DNA of 64,000 bases, taken from NCBI GenBank assembly GCA_049510745.1, contig JBEKYR010000006.1, positions 64,001-128,000 of the forward strand, written 5' to 3'. The stretch is from Verrucomicrobiota bacterium. Its GTDB lineage: Bacteria > Verrucomicrobiota > Verrucomicrobiia > Limisphaerales > Palsa-1400. The notes beneath the pieces were generated by a model. The model was not told the DNA's origin. It made no database searches and saw only the letters and a program-made list of their open reading frames with translations. Both the position numbers and the translations under genes were made by a program. Shown one piece after another: positions 10,259 through 21,027 of the stretch (position 1 is the stretch's first letter; the number at the start of each line of letters is the position of its first letter).

Positions 10259-12165
10259 ACATTTCCGTTGCTTGCCTGCCTCGCCACGGCAATCAAAACC
10301 GGCGCTGGCGACGGAGCGCCGGACTTGAAGCTGGCCCAGAAACGAGAGGGCAGAAACGCCAGGAGAATCAGCGCCGCCTGGCTGGCATCAAACACCATCA
10401 GCCAGAAAAAGGCCTTGTCCATGAAGCCATAGGAATGCAGACCAACCCCCAGCATGTTGACTCCGAACCAGGAAAAGCTCGTCACGATGTTGCCGAACAC
10501 GGCCATGGCCATCAAGCCGCGTTCCTTGATCAGGCCGCCCCAGCGAGCGTGCAGGATGATGGCGTTCCACAGAACGATCAACAAGGCGCCATTCTCCTTG
10601 GGGTCCCATCCCCAGAAGCGGCCCCACGATTGGTCGGCCCAGATTCCCCCCAAAATGGTTCCAGTGAAACTGGTCAGCGTGGCGAAACAAATAATCCCAT
10701 AGACCATCCGCGACAAGGCGCGGGCGGTTTCCGGCGAGAGCGAGCGGGTGAAGAAACCCCGCGCGATGTAGATCACGGCCAGCAAGCCGGCGACGAACAT
10801 TGAGGAATAGCCGATGGTGATGACCACCACGTGGGTGGACAGCCACAGATTGGTATCCAACACCGCGCGCAACATTTCCATCGTGTCGCCGCTCAAGGCC
10901 AGATGGTGCGCAATGATCAGGGTGACAAATCCGATCAGGCCGGATGAAACCAAGCCGATGCCGCCTTTGAAGATGCGCTCCAGAATCATGCCCAGCGCCA
11001 CCGCGCCCCAGCCAATGAAGATGGCCGATGAATACAGGTTGGTCACCGGTGGCCGGCCTTCCAGCCACATGCGCAATCCGAGGCCAACGGTATGAATGAT
11101 AAAAGCCAGCGCCAGGAGCGCGAACCCGGTCCGCCGCACCGGCTCCGACAGGTTGATCCAGAACGCGCAGCCGAGGATCACGGCCGCAATATAGATCACC
11201 ATGCTCTTGTAAAACGGCTCGATTTGATTGAAGAAATACTCCTCGCCGCCCTTCGCCACTTCGGAAGAAAGATTGTTCTCCCGCAGCCAGACCCGATACC
11301 CCGCCACCGCCCGGTTAAAGCCGGCCGGATTCCCCTGCTGGTAAGCGGTCGAAATGGCCGCGAGAAACTCAACGGCCGGATGCAGACCGCCGGAATTGGT
11401 CAGGCTGGATCCAACACTCGTCCACGAATTGCGAGGCGCTCCGGGCAGCGGCGGCACCGCCCTGACGTAGGCCAACTCACCCGCGCGCGCGTAGCGCCGA
11501 TGGAATCCTTCGAGCAGGTGCCTCTTGTCCGCGCCGGGAGAGTTTGTCTCTCCGGCTTTTTTCACCGCGTCGCCCGCCTCGGTCGCGGTTTGCTGAAAGA
11601 CCTCCAGCTCCTTTTGGAAATCATCGGCGCCGGCGGGACCGAGGTTGTGCTTGAGACGGTCGTAGAGCACAAGGCTCTCATACAAATGCATCAGGTCCTT
11701 CTGGAAAGGATCGCGCGTTTTATCGGCATCCTCTCCCCGGCCGCTTTCCGCCTCCTCAAGTTTGAGCACCTGTGTTTCGAGGTGATCGATTTGATTGCTC
11801 AGATCGTTGAGCGAGTAATAATGAAGCCCCTGCTTTTCCGTTCCGAGCAAACCTTGCAGGTCGGGATGTTGCACACGGAAAATCTTCCTTCCATCGGCCA
11901 GGGCGGGATGAGCCATGGTCTCCAGCAGCCATTGGGTGGCGGACAGGGAATGGCCGCCGGCCAGCCGCACGGTGGAACGCCCGCTGATACTGAGCAACGT
12001 GTTGCGCGCCACTGAATCGAAGGGCTGGATGCGTCCATTGAGAAGCACCGGCAACCGTCCGAAGGCGGCCACATCGAATCCATCCACACGCTTGGGGGAT
12101 TGCGCGCCGGAGAGGAACCAGAGCGCAAAACAGCCGGCAACGATCCAGGGGAACCACTTTCTCAT
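10255..12165 (-). CDS. ccsA: Cytochrome c biogenesis protein CcsA (System II)
   Basis: WWD motif GIWADQSWGRFWGWDPKE, WLSTHV, GLHSYG, NGRIQPFDS. Confidence 0.93.
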   Translation of the reverse strand: MRKWFPWIVAGCFALWFLSGAQSPKRVDGFDVAAFGRLPVLLNGRIQPFDSVARNTLLSISGRSTVRLAGGHSLSATQWLLETMAHPALADGRKIFRVQHPDLQGLLGTEKQGLHYYSLNDLSNQIDHLETQVLKLEEAESGRGEDADKTRDPFQKDLMHLYESLVLYDRLKHNLGPAGADDFQKELEVFQQTATEAGDAVKKAGETNSPGADKRHLLEGFHRRYARAGELAYVRAVPPLPGAPRNSWTSVGSSLTNSGGLHPAVEFLAAISTAYQQGNPAGFNRAVAGYRVWLRENNLSSEVAKGGEEYFFNQIEPFYKSMVIYIAAVILGCAFWINLSEPVRRTGFALLALAFIIHTVGLGLRMWLEGRPPVTNLYSSAIFIGWGAVALGMILERIFKGGIGLVSSGLIGFVTLIIAHHLALSGDTMEMLRAVLDTNLWLSTHVVVITIGYSSMFVAGLLAVIYIARGFFTRSLSPETARALSRMVYGIICFATLTSFTGTILGGIWADQSWGRFWGWDPKENGALLIVLWNAIILHARWGGLIKERGLMAMAVFGNIVTSFSWFGVNMLGVGLHSYGFMDKAFFWLMVFDASQAALILLAFLPSRFWASFKSGAPSPAPVLIAVARQASNGNV

Positions 12166-13448
12166 GCGTCACTCCTTGTAGCGGCGAGAACAGGCTCGCC
12201 AAAAGGTTCACGGCTCTCCACCGGCCCCCGCCTGGAAGCGGAGGTTCGCGCGCGTCTTCCGGCAAAGCCAGACAAGTGCATGAGGAATTGCATGACCAAA
12301 CCGGCGGCGATGAGCGTGCAGGCAACATAGGGCGTGAAGGCCGCCGGATTGCGAACCACCTGCAAAACAGATACCCGGTCTCCCGGCTCGAAGCTGGCCT
12401 GATAATAAGATTCACCGCCGTAGCGCAACGGACTGTTCATGCGAATCACCACATCGCGGTCTTCGCCGCGCGCCGGATCGCTCAGATGAATCCGGCTGGA
12501 AAAATTGCTGGGAATATCGGTGCCCGCATAGACATCGTGCTTAAACTCCAACAGCGTGAGGGTGTAAGGTTTGTAATAACGGACCGGCCGTAGCGCGATT
12601 TCGTAATTGTGTCCGCCATAACTGAATCCCTGCGGGCCATCAAGCGGAACCCCCAAGAGCGCCCCAAACTGTTCCTGTAATGCCGCAGACCACGGCCGCT
12701 TCGTCAGCCATGTCGAAACGGTCCACTCGCCGATCGATCCCTTGTCGGAAACGACCTCGATCAGCGCCGCCGGCTTGTTTTCGTCGTCCATCCGTGCCAC
12801 CGGGGGCGCGGCCGCAAAGAGCAAGCGCCGGCCGATTCCGTTGCCTGCCTTGAGCTTTTCGCCCGCGCCAGACATCGGACCCGCCGGCAAAGAGTTGGGC
12901 AGATACCGTTTGACCCGCACTGCAAGAGGCCATCCCGGAGGGCGGATGTCCCCGCCCTGTTCCAGGGCCGATTCCGGAATCGCGGCCACCTCGTCGCGGT
13001 CCGGATGGGTGACGTCAATGACGGCCAATTCATTGCGCCGGCTGTCTTCCGCGTAGTTTTTGGATTCGCCGACTTCAATCCGCAATTGGCTTTCAATCTG
13101 CAAAACGTCGGAGAGAAAAAAACCGGCCAATAAGAGAATCAGGCCCGCATGCACGAACAAAAGGCCGGCTTTGCGGCGCTGGAATTGAAAGCGTTTAATG
13201 TGAGCGGCCAGGAGATTGACCAGCAGGACCAGCCCAATCGACCAGCCGCCGGGGAAAACGGGAATCTTCCAATGGCTTCCGCTGGGCGTCCAAAACACGA
13301 AGAAACTGCGGAAGAATTCCAATTGCACCACGTAAAGCCCCAACCGGACTTGTGCCAGGGTGCCGGCGAAGACCAACACCAGCGCCAGGCTGAGGCACAC
13401 GATGGTGAGCCGCAGCGAACTGAAGAAATGGACGAAGCGATCAATCAT
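12162..13448 (-). CDS. resB: ResB/CcsB-like cytochrome c biogenesis protein
   Basis: SSLRLT..L....VFAGTLAQ, HAGLILLL, IRMNSPLRYGG..YYQASF; 4-bp overlap with ccsA; start set at ATG 13448. Confidence 0.82.
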   Translation of the reverse strand: MIDRFVHFFSSLRLTIVCLSLALVLVFAGTLAQVRLGLYVVQLEFFRSFFVFWTPSGSHWKIPVFPGGWSIGLVLLVNLLAAHIKRFQFQRRKAGLLFVHAGLILLLAGFFLSDVLQIESQLRIEVGESKNYAEDSRRNELAVIDVTHPDRDEVAAIPESALEQGGDIRPPGWPLAVRVKRYLPNSLPAGPMSGAGEKLKAGNGIGRRLLFAAAPPVARMDDENKPAALIEVVSDKGSIGEWTVSTWLTKRPWSAALQEQFGALLGVPLDGPQGFSYGGHNYEIALRPVRYYKPYTLTLLEFKHDVYAGTDIPSNFSSRIHLSDPARGEDRDVVIRMNSPLRYGGESYYQASFEPGDRVSVLQVVRNPAAFTPYVACTLIAAGLVMQFLMHLSGFAGRRARTSASRRGPVESREPFGEPVLAATRSDA

Positions 13449-13672
13449 GGCTGGTGGCCGCCCGCGGCCCGGCAAAATGACATTCTGTTTTCACCATTGG
13501 ATTTGAATTGAATGCAATGACGGGCAGAAGGTAGCGCACGGCTTGAATCCCGCAAAAGCCGTTTCTTGGCATTGAACGAACATTTTTTGCTAAACCGCAG
13601 TTTCAGGAGGCGGATCGTTGTTCCTGGAGAATCACGCCGCCGCTGCTTTCGCAAGGAGAAGCGGGCGCCGCT

Positions 13673-15982
13673 TTACGGCTCCAAAGGAAACTGCTCCCGC
13701 TGGGCGGGCAATCCATCCAGGCAGCGCCGCACGGCGCAGAGCAGGTCTCGCGGAGTGCAGGGTTTTTGCAGGAAGTAACTGTTGGTCCGGCGAAGGAACT
13801 CGCCGCTCTCGCCCATGATCTCTCCGCCATATCCGCTCTGGAAGATGACTTTGAGGGAGGCCTTTTTTTCGCGCAGATCTTCCGCCAGCTTGCGGCCGGT
13901 GATTCCTTCCGGCATGACGACATCAGTCAAAAGCAAATCCACTTCGGGCGCGGCAGACTCCCAGATTTTGAGAGCTTCAGGGCCGGAAGCCGCCTCCAGG
14001 ACATGGTAGCCAAAGCGTTCGAGGAGGAGGCGAGTGACCGAGCGCACGGCTTCTTCATCTTCGACCAGCAGGACTGTTTCGTTGCCGCGGGGCAGCTTGC
14101 CTTCCGGCGTCCGTTGGCTCGAAGCCGGGCGGGCGCTTTCCAGGGCCGGGAGGTAAATCTTGAAGGTGGCGCCGGCGCCCACCTGACTGGACACCTCGAT
14201 CCACCCCTGGTGCTGCTTGACAATGCCATAGACTGTGGCGAGGCCCAAACCGGTGCCTTTGCCGACTTCTTTTGTGGTAAAGAAGGGGTCGAAGATGCGG
14301 GAGAGGTTTTCAGGAGAAATGCCGGTGCCGGTGTCCTTCACCGTCAGGCACACAAAAAGGCCGGGGCGGGCTTCCGGATGAGAGGGATCGCGTCCCGCTC
14401 CAAAGGTGAGCTGTTCGGTGGTGATGAGCAGTTGTCCTCCGTCCGGCATGGCGTCGCGGGCGTTGACGATGAGATTGACGAGGACCTGTTCGAGCATGCC
14501 GATGTCCGCCTGCACCAGGGGCAAGGTGGAGGTATAATGGCAACGCAACTCAATATCTTCGCCAATGATTCGCTCGAGCATTTTGCTCAGGTTCATGATG
14601 ACACGATCCAGATCCACCGGCTGCGACTGCATCATCTGTTTTCGACTGAAGGCGAGCAACTGCCGGGTCAGGTTGGCGGCCCGTTCACTGGCGGCGCTGA
14701 CTTGACTGAGGCATTCGCTGACTTCGCTGGAGAATCCCTTGGCTTCCATGCGCACCAAATCGGTGTTGCCACGAATGACCGCCAGGAGATTATTAAAGTC
14801 ATGGGCAATCCCGCCGGCCAGTTGACCGATGGCCTCCAGCTTCTGAGATTGTCTGAGGTCTTCCTGCGCCTTGCGCAAGGCTTCCTCGGTGCGAATACGG
14901 TCCAGCGCGCCGCCGCAATGATCGGCCAGGGCCTGCAACGTCTCCAGGCTTTGCTGGTTGTAGGCGTTGAGCGCATAGCTTTGGAGCGAAACGACGCCGG
15001 TCACGGCTTTGCCGTTGCGGATGGGAACGAACATGAGCGACGCAGACGGGCGCGTGGTATCTCCGAAGGGCAGTTCCCCGGGCTGCATCTCCCTGGGGTT
15101 GCTTTTCAACACCAACTGGCCGCCCTCCTGGAATGCTTTTCGCGCCAATGGCGAAGGCAGCCGGTGCTGGTAATTCGGAATGCATTCTTTCCGCTGGCCG
15201 CCAATCAAATCCGCATTCAGAACATGCGTGAGCATGTCGGTGTCCGGCGAATAGAGGTCCACCTGGCAGGCGTCCCAGCCGAGCAACCGGTCGGCCACAT
15301 CGACAATGATCTGGCCCGCCTCCCGCACCGTCCGCGCCGTGCTCAGGAGCGAGCCCAAGGTCGAAAACGCGGAAAGGAGAACTTGCGTCCGGGAGCGCTC
15401 GGCGATTTCTTGCGCCAGTTTCTCATTGGAGGCGCGCAGTTCCTGCGTGCGTTGGTTCACCATCGCATCCAAATCCGCCAGGCGCAGCTTGGCCTGCCGG
15501 GCCAAAGTCCATTTCCGGGCCAAGGTTTCGGCCAGTTGCAACACCTCCACCATGTCGAAAGGCTTCTTGAGGATGAGCAATCCGTCATTCTGGCCGAGTC
15601 TTCGGGCCATGTCGTCCCAGCTATAATCAGAATAAGCGGTGCAGATGACCACCTGGAGTTCGGGACAAACTTCCCAAAGCCTGGCCGTGGTCTCAATCCC
15701 GTCCCAGCCGGGCGGCATGCGGACATCGATGAAGGCGACGCCATAGGGTCGGCCGGCGGCGAGAGCCTCTTTGACCATCTCCAGGCCTTCCTGGCCCTGA
15801 AAGGCCGAGTCAAGCTCGAACCCGGCGAAGGTGCGTTTGGCCGGGCTTTCGCCAAAAAGATCGGCGCTCATCTCTCCATAGGCGCTCCCCTCGGCCTCGG
15901 CCGAGAGAATCTTGCGAAAGTCCTCGTGGATGGCCCGGTTGTCGTCAATGACCAGGATTCGCCGGTTTAAGTTGTCGCGCAT
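13673..15982 (-). CDS. Hybrid sensor kinase (REC-GAF-HisKA-HATPase-REC)
   Basis: ILVIDD/DVRMP, H-box AGGIAHDFNNLL, DTGTGI, FFTTK..GKGTGLGL, C-terminal REC with LLTDVVMP. Confidence 0.92.
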   Translation of the reverse strand: MRDNLNRRILVIDDNRAIHEDFRKILSAEAEGSAYGEMSADLFGESPAKRTFAGFELDSAFQGQEGLEMVKEALAAGRPYGVAFIDVRMPPGWDGIETTARLWEVCPELQVVICTAYSDYSWDDMARRLGQNDGLLILKKPFDMVEVLQLAETLARKWTLARQAKLRLADLDAMVNQRTQELRASNEKLAQEIAERSRTQVLLSAFSTLGSLLSTARTVREAGQIIVDVADRLLGWDACQVDLYSPDTDMLTHVLNADLIGGQRKECIPNYQHRLPSPLARKAFQEGGQLVLKSNPREMQPGELPFGDTTRPSASLMFVPIRNGKAVTGVVSLQSYALNAYNQQSLETLQALADHCGGALDRIRTEEALRKAQEDLRQSQKLEAIGQLAGGIAHDFNNLLAVIRGNTDLVRMEAKGFSSEVSECLSQVSAASERAANLTRQLLAFSRKQMMQSQPVDLDRVIMNLSKMLERIIGEDIELRCHYTSTLPLVQADIGMLEQVLVNLIVNARDAMPDGGQLLITTEQLTFGAGRDPSHPEARPGLFVCLTVKDTGTGISPENLSRIFDPFFTTKEVGKGTGLGLATVYGIVKQHQGWIEVSSQVGAGATFKIYLPALESARPASSQRTPEGKLPRGNETVLLVEDEEAVRSVTRLLLERFGYHVLEAASGPEALKIWESAAPEVDLLLTDVVMPEGITGRKLAEDLREKKASLKVIFQSGYGGEIMGESGEFLRRTNSYFLQKPCTPRDLLCAVRRCLDGLPAQREQFPLEP

Positions 15983-18108
15983 TTGGTTGCTTGGGGAGTG
16001 GCAGGGCGGTTCCGCTGCCGGTCTTGAGCGATGACGGTTTGACGGTCAGCGGGGGGCTGACAGGGCAGTTCCAGGGTGAAAACAGCGCCGAGACCCCGGC
16101 CTTCGCTGTGGGCGCTGAGAGACCCGCCCAATTCCTTGGCGGCCAGGGCGCCGCTGTGCAGTCCGAAGCCATGTCCGTTCTTTCGGGTCGTAAACCCATG
16201 ATTGAAAATCCGGGTGAGGTTTTCCGGCGGGATGCCAACGCCGTTATCAATCACGGCGATGCTCACCCGGCCTTCGCCGTTGGTCGCGCGCAGGATAACC
16301 TGTTTGTCGCTCCGGCCCGATTCATCACAGGCATACTTGGCGTTGCGCACCAAGTTGATGAGAATCTGCAGCACCTTGTGCTTGTCGGTGCAGATGCGGG
16401 GCAGAACGCTGTACTCGCGCACCACGGTGACTTCGTGGCGCGCGAACGACGCCGCGTTCATGCGCAAGGTGTCTTCCAGCAGTTCGGTCACTTCGATGTC
16501 TTCGAACACGCCGGCGACCCGGGCGTAGCTTTGCTGCATGGCGACGATTTCCTTGATGTGCTCCACGTTCCGGCGGAGGGACGCCAATTCCTCCAGGACC
16601 GCCGCTTGTTCGGCGCCGAGTCTTTCCGCCAGATGGCCGAGAAAGTCCGGCACCTTTCGTCCCTTCGGATCGCTGGTCAAAAAGGCGGTGCGGTCCCCGG
16701 CATGTTCCTCCAGCAATTGGGCCAGCCGGCGCAGATCGGCCACTCGCGACTTCCTGACTCGCTCGTCCACCAAGGTGGCGGCGACATTGATGCTGTTCAA
16801 GACGTTGCCGACGTTGTGCAGGACGCTGGTCGCCACTTCCGCCATGCCAGCCTGGCGGGAGATGGTGACCAACTCTTGGTGCGCGGCCTCCAGGTCAGCC
16901 TCAGCTTTCCTGCGTTCGGTGATATCTCGCAGGAAGATGGTGAAGATGGAGCTTTCGCCAACGCGGATGGGCGTCAGCGTCACTTCGACCGGCAGTTCCC
17001 GGCCATCGCGGCGTACCGCAGTGGTTTCGACCAGCCGGTTGAGATCAGGCCATTCCCCCGTGGCGCGGAATCGCACCAGATCGGCGCGGCGCGCCTGCCG
17101 GCGCCTGGGCGGGATGACCGTCTCAAGGAGAAGGCAGCCCAGGATGTCCGCGCGGGACCATCCCAGCTTTTCTTCCGCCTGCCGGTTCCAGCCGATGATC
17201 CTGAAGTCCTGGTCTGTCGTGATGACGGCGTCGAAGGCCTGGTCAATGATCATCCGGGTGCGTTCCTCCTGGGAGCGAAGCGTCTCCTCGGCCTGCTTGC
17301 GTTCGAGATTCTCTTTCTGGAGGGCGGCGTTCGCATCGGCAAGTTCGGCCGTTCGTTCCTGCACACGCATTTCCAGGACGTCTTTGGCTTCCTGTAGTTC
17401 CATGTCCCGATGCTGGATTTGCGCCAGCATCCCGTTGAAGCCGTCAATCAACACGCCGATTTCGTCCGGATTGTGCTTTTCGACACGGATGGAGTAATCC
17501 TGATTTTGTCCGACGGCCCTGGTCGCGCGGGCGAGCTGCTGGATCGGTTGGGAGATGAAGTGCTGCAATTTACTGGATAGTGCCAGCGCGACGAAGAGTG
17601 TCAACGCCAATACGGCCGCGATGATGGCCGCATATTGGCCCAGCCGCGAATACAACTCGCGCATGTCCGAGACAAGGTAAACGGTGCCGACGTCGTCGCC
17701 TTTGGAGACGATGGGACGCGAGAGGGTCAGGTCGCCGTTGCGAAAAGAATGGTCCTGGGCCGGAGGTTGCGCCGGGGGTGTGAAGGCAGCGTCGGCGGTG
17801 GGACGCCGATAAGTGGCAAACACCTTGCGATCCGCCGTATAAACGCACGCCCCAACGATGTGGGATTCGGCCTTGAGGGCGGAAAGGGTTTCCTGGGCGG
17901 CTTTGGAGTCATTAAAGTCCAGGGCGCCGGCGGTGTTGTTGCCGATGATCTCGGCCAGGGTGGAGAGGTTTCTCACCATGGCCGAGCGAAACGTCACGAC
18001 CTCGTAGGCGGTGAAACCGGCGCAGGCCAGCAGCAGCGCCACAGTGGTGATGACCATGATGATCAGCACCTGCTTGCGTTTGATGGAGGCTTTCCGGAAA
18101 AAATTCAT
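15967..18108 (-). CDS. Membrane sensor histidine kinase (YfiN-like periplasmic sensor, HAMP, PAS, kinase)
   Basis: Two TMs flanking GALDFNDSKAAQETL, HAMP DEIGVL..FNGM, PAS, H-box SVLHNVGN, GHGFGL. Confidence 0.9.
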   Translation of the reverse strand: MNFFRKASIKRKQVLIIMVITTVALLLACAGFTAYEVVTFRSAMVRNLSTLAEIIGNNTAGALDFNDSKAAQETLSALKAESHIVGACVYTADRKVFATYRRPTADAAFTPPAQPPAQDHSFRNGDLTLSRPIVSKGDDVGTVYLVSDMRELYSRLGQYAAIIAAVLALTLFVALALSSKLQHFISQPIQQLARATRAVGQNQDYSIRVEKHNPDEIGVLIDGFNGMLAQIQHRDMELQEAKDVLEMRVQERTAELADANAALQKENLERKQAEETLRSQEERTRMIIDQAFDAVITTDQDFRIIGWNRQAEEKLGWSRADILGCLLLETVIPPRRRQARRADLVRFRATGEWPDLNRLVETTAVRRDGRELPVEVTLTPIRVGESSIFTIFLRDITERRKAEADLEAAHQELVTISRQAGMAEVATSVLHNVGNVLNSINVAATLVDERVRKSRVADLRRLAQLLEEHAGDRTAFLTSDPKGRKVPDFLGHLAERLGAEQAAVLEELASLRRNVEHIKEIVAMQQSYARVAGVFEDIEVTELLEDTLRMNAASFARHEVTVVREYSVLPRICTDKHKVLQILINLVRNAKYACDESGRSDKQVILRATNGEGRVSIAVIDNGVGIPPENLTRIFNHGFTTRKNGHGFGLHSGALAAKELGGSLSAHSEGRGLGAVFTLELPCQPPADRQTVIAQDRQRNRPATPQATKCATT

Positions 18109-18112
18109 AGGC

Positions 18113-18709
18113 TCATCGCGGTTTGCCCCGCACGGCGTCGGCCAGACTCAACAATTTGGAACTGATTTGCAGCCGCGCCTGGCTGGCGGCGGCCAGATCA
18201 ATGTCAAACCGGACCTTGTTGCTCCGGACAGCGAAGCAGATGATCCCCCCTGCCTGGGCGAACGACCCGTCTTCTCCAACGGTCAAGACGGGGCTTGATT
18301 TAACCGGCTGGAGAATTTCCTCCAGGCGCTTGTTTTCCGAGGAACTGACAAAGAGAACGTGGCACTTGCGGCCGTCTTCCTCCGCTTTGAGCGGCTGGAT
18401 GGAGATGGGGTGTCCGTTGATGGCTTTGCTCTTCACCACAGTCTTGAGGGTATCGACAAATTCATTGTTCCCAATCACGCCGATGCAGATCGGCGTCTTC
18501 GCCTCCGGGAAGGCGTCCGCCGGCCATTCCACATACTTGGCAAAGTTGTAGAGGCACAGGGCCTTGACCTGATACTCCGACAGGGACTCATCAGCACGCC
18601 CGACCCGACAGTCCCCCCACCAAAGGCCCAGGAACACGCTCGCCGCGATGACCTTCGCCAATCGGCGCCTTCTTCCCAGCCGGCAGCGTCTATGCTTGGA
18701 GGCGTTCAT
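18113..18709 (-). CDS. YfiR (DUF4154) family periplasmic protein
   Basis: EYQVKALCLYNFAKYVEWP, PVLTVGE, ISSKLLSLA. Confidence 0.88.
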   Translation of the reverse strand: MNASKHRRCRLGRRRRLAKVIAASVFLGLWWGDCRVGRADESLSEYQVKALCLYNFAKYVEWPADAFPEAKTPICIGVIGNNEFVDTLKTVVKSKAINGHPISIQPLKAEEDGRKCHVLFVSSSENKRLEEILQPVKSSPVLTVGEDGSFAQAGGIICFAVRSNKVRFDIDLAAASQARLQISSKLLSLADAVRGKPR

Positions 18710-18720
18710 GGATTCCAGTT

Positions 18721-20811
18721 CTAAAATCGCCAGGTGATTTTGCCCATCACGCCGCGGGGCACGTCGGTAATCAGAGAAGTCTTGTAACTGGTAAACTCGG
18801 CGTGTCGGCCATCAACCAGGTTCTGCCCCCAAATCCCCAGTTCCAGCGACTTCCACGGGTGCCAAACCAGACCGAGGTCCAGGTCCACATAGGAGGGGAT
18901 GGTCATCTGGCCGGTTCCGTAGGGCGACTGGATTTGATCGACGTAATAGACCGCCGCATTGAATTGAAGGTTGCCTGGAAGGCTCAATACGGAGCGCACC
19001 TGGAATTGCTGCTCCGGCGAACTTCCCAGCGAAACAGATGCCTCGGGGGTGTGGGCTTCGAACCAGGTCCAGCTTGCCGCCAGCTTCCAGCAATCGCACA
19101 CGTCCCAGCGGCCAGACAGCTCAAGCCCGTAGGTTTGGGCAGGGCCGACGTTCTCAGTCGTGCTGGGAACCAGGAAATACGGCAACGGCGGTCCCGCTTC
19201 AAACTGCGGTGTGCCGGGGACGGCTTCGATCAGCCGGTTGTATTGGTTGTAGAATCCGGCCAGGTCAAACGAGCACCGTTTGGTCGGCTCGACCCGGTAC
19301 CCCAGTTCGTAGGCAAGCAGTTCCTCGGACTCCAGGTGCGGGTTGCCGAGCGTCGCCAGCAGGACGGGCAGAGGGGTTGTTTGCGAGGGGGGAAGGACCT
19401 GGAAATTGACGCGCTCATCCGACTCGTAGATCGAGGGGGTTCTCACGGCGCGCGAGACTGAGGCCCAGAGGGTTTGCCGGTCCGTTGGCGTCCAAAGCAG
19501 CCGGGCACTGGGCTGAACTTCAAAGCCGGTGAAATCGTTGTGCTCGAATTTCGAGCCGAGCGTCAGCTTGAGCCGGTCCGGCGCCAGCGTGACTTCATCT
19601 TGCACGAAAAAACTGGCCAGTTGTTCGTGCAGTTCCGCCGGGTTGAAAGCCAGGAAATAGCTGGGGATGAGTTTGGAATTGATATAGCGATAGCCCGCGC
19701 CCCAAACAACGTCATTGCGGGAGCCGAGGGCAAACCGGTGTTGCGCGTCGAGGTCGATGGTGTCAGAGGTATAGGCAACCCCGATTTGTTCGGGGCTGAA
19801 GTGGTCATAATATGCCTGGACGATAAGCCCTGCGTCTTCCGAAAAGTCGCGCGTCCAGCGGCCCAGCAGGTTCCCGCCGGAGTCGTGGTTGAGCACATCG
19901 CTGTTCTGCGCGAACGGAGGCAGAAGGCTTGGGATCGACTGGCTCTCGCCCATTTGGTGGCTGTAGAAGTCCCCCTGCAAAGTCAGTTTGTTCTGCACGG
20001 ACGGTTCCCAATCCAGGCGCATCCCTCCCTGAACGCCGCTCCACGTGTCCGGCGCGTCGGCGCCGTTTGTTTTCACCAGATCATCCCGGTTGAAGTACTT
20101 TATGTAAACCCGATAGTAAAGATTGGTGGCGAGCAGGCCGCCATACCGCACCACGGTGGAAGGCTGGTCTTCGGTGCCAAAGGAAGTGGAAACCAGCAGG
20201 CCTTGAGTCTCCTTGGCGCTCTTGCTGATGATGTTAATCACCCCATCGACGGCGTTGGCGCCCCAGAGTGTGCCGCCAGGCCCCCGAATCACTTCGATCC
20301 GGTCCAGGTCTTCCATCACGACGTCTTCCGTGCTCCAGATCACTCCACCGAAGCCGGTCGTATAGACGGAGCGACCGTCAATCAGGACTAACATCTTGTT
20401 GGCAAACTCAGAGTTGAAACCGCGCGCGCTGATCGCCCAATCATGCGAGTTGATGCGCGCCACATCCATGCCGGGAACCAGGCGCAGAGCCTCCGGCAGT
20501 GTCGTAATGCCGAACTGATCGAGGTCATCCGGCGTCACGACCGTCACTGCGGCCGGAGAATCTTCCAAGGTGGTCTCCTTTTTGGCCACGGAAGTCACTT
20601 TGATGTTAATCAATTGGTCCAGGCTCAGTTCCGTCGAATCCTTGGCCGCATTGGTGGAAACGTCGCCGGCCCTGGCCTCGCTGCCGGCGGGACCGTTCAT
20701 CATCGCCGCGACAATAAATGGGAACGCTTGCAGAGGCAGCAGGCGCCGCAATGCGGCGAATGACCTGGCCGGCGCTTTTCGGCGCTGGGCGAAAATCGTT
20801 TCTACATTCAT
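18721..20811 (-). CDS. TonB-dependent outer-membrane receptor
   Basis: Plug motifs LPEALRLVPG, LVLIDGR, DRIEVIRGPGGTLWGANAVDGVINI; C-terminal Phe. Confidence 0.92.
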   Translation of the reverse strand: MNVETIFAQRRKAPARSFAALRRLLPLQAFPFIVAAMMNGPAGSEARAGDVSTNAAKDSTELSLDQLINIKVTSVAKKETTLEDSPAAVTVVTPDDLDQFGITTLPEALRLVPGMDVARINSHDWAISARGFNSEFANKMLVLIDGRSVYTTGFGGVIWSTEDVVMEDLDRIEVIRGPGGTLWGANAVDGVINIISKSAKETQGLLVSTSFGTEDQPSTVVRYGGLLATNLYYRVYIKYFNRDDLVKTNGADAPDTWSGVQGGMRLDWEPSVQNKLTLQGDFYSHQMGESQSIPSLLPPFAQNSDVLNHDSGGNLLGRWTRDFSEDAGLIVQAYYDHFSPEQIGVAYTSDTIDLDAQHRFALGSRNDVVWGAGYRYINSKLIPSYFLAFNPAELHEQLASFFVQDEVTLAPDRLKLTLGSKFEHNDFTGFEVQPSARLLWTPTDRQTLWASVSRAVRTPSIYESDERVNFQVLPPSQTTPLPVLLATLGNPHLESEELLAYELGYRVEPTKRCSFDLAGFYNQYNRLIEAVPGTPQFEAGPPLPYFLVPSTTENVGPAQTYGLELSGRWDVCDCWKLAASWTWFEAHTPEASVSLGSSPEQQFQVRSVLSLPGNLQFNAAVYYVDQIQSPYGTGQMTIPSYVDLDLGLVWHPWKSLELGIWGQNLVDGRHAEFTSYKTSLITDVPRGVMGKITWRF

Positions 20812-21027
20812 ACGGTGCGATTTGGCCCTTTTGCGGCCTTAAAAGGTTATCGGAAGCATGGCTCATTCCGTTTAGGCCAAAACTTGACCATTTTCTGTCA
20901 CTTGAGGGCAAAAGCCGCGCTGATCTAAAGCCCGTCCCCAAACCTGCCGATGAAATGGTATGAGGTCTGCACATAGACTGAGATCGCATTTGCACCGTGT
21001 AAGGAATCTTACGAACATTAAGAACGG

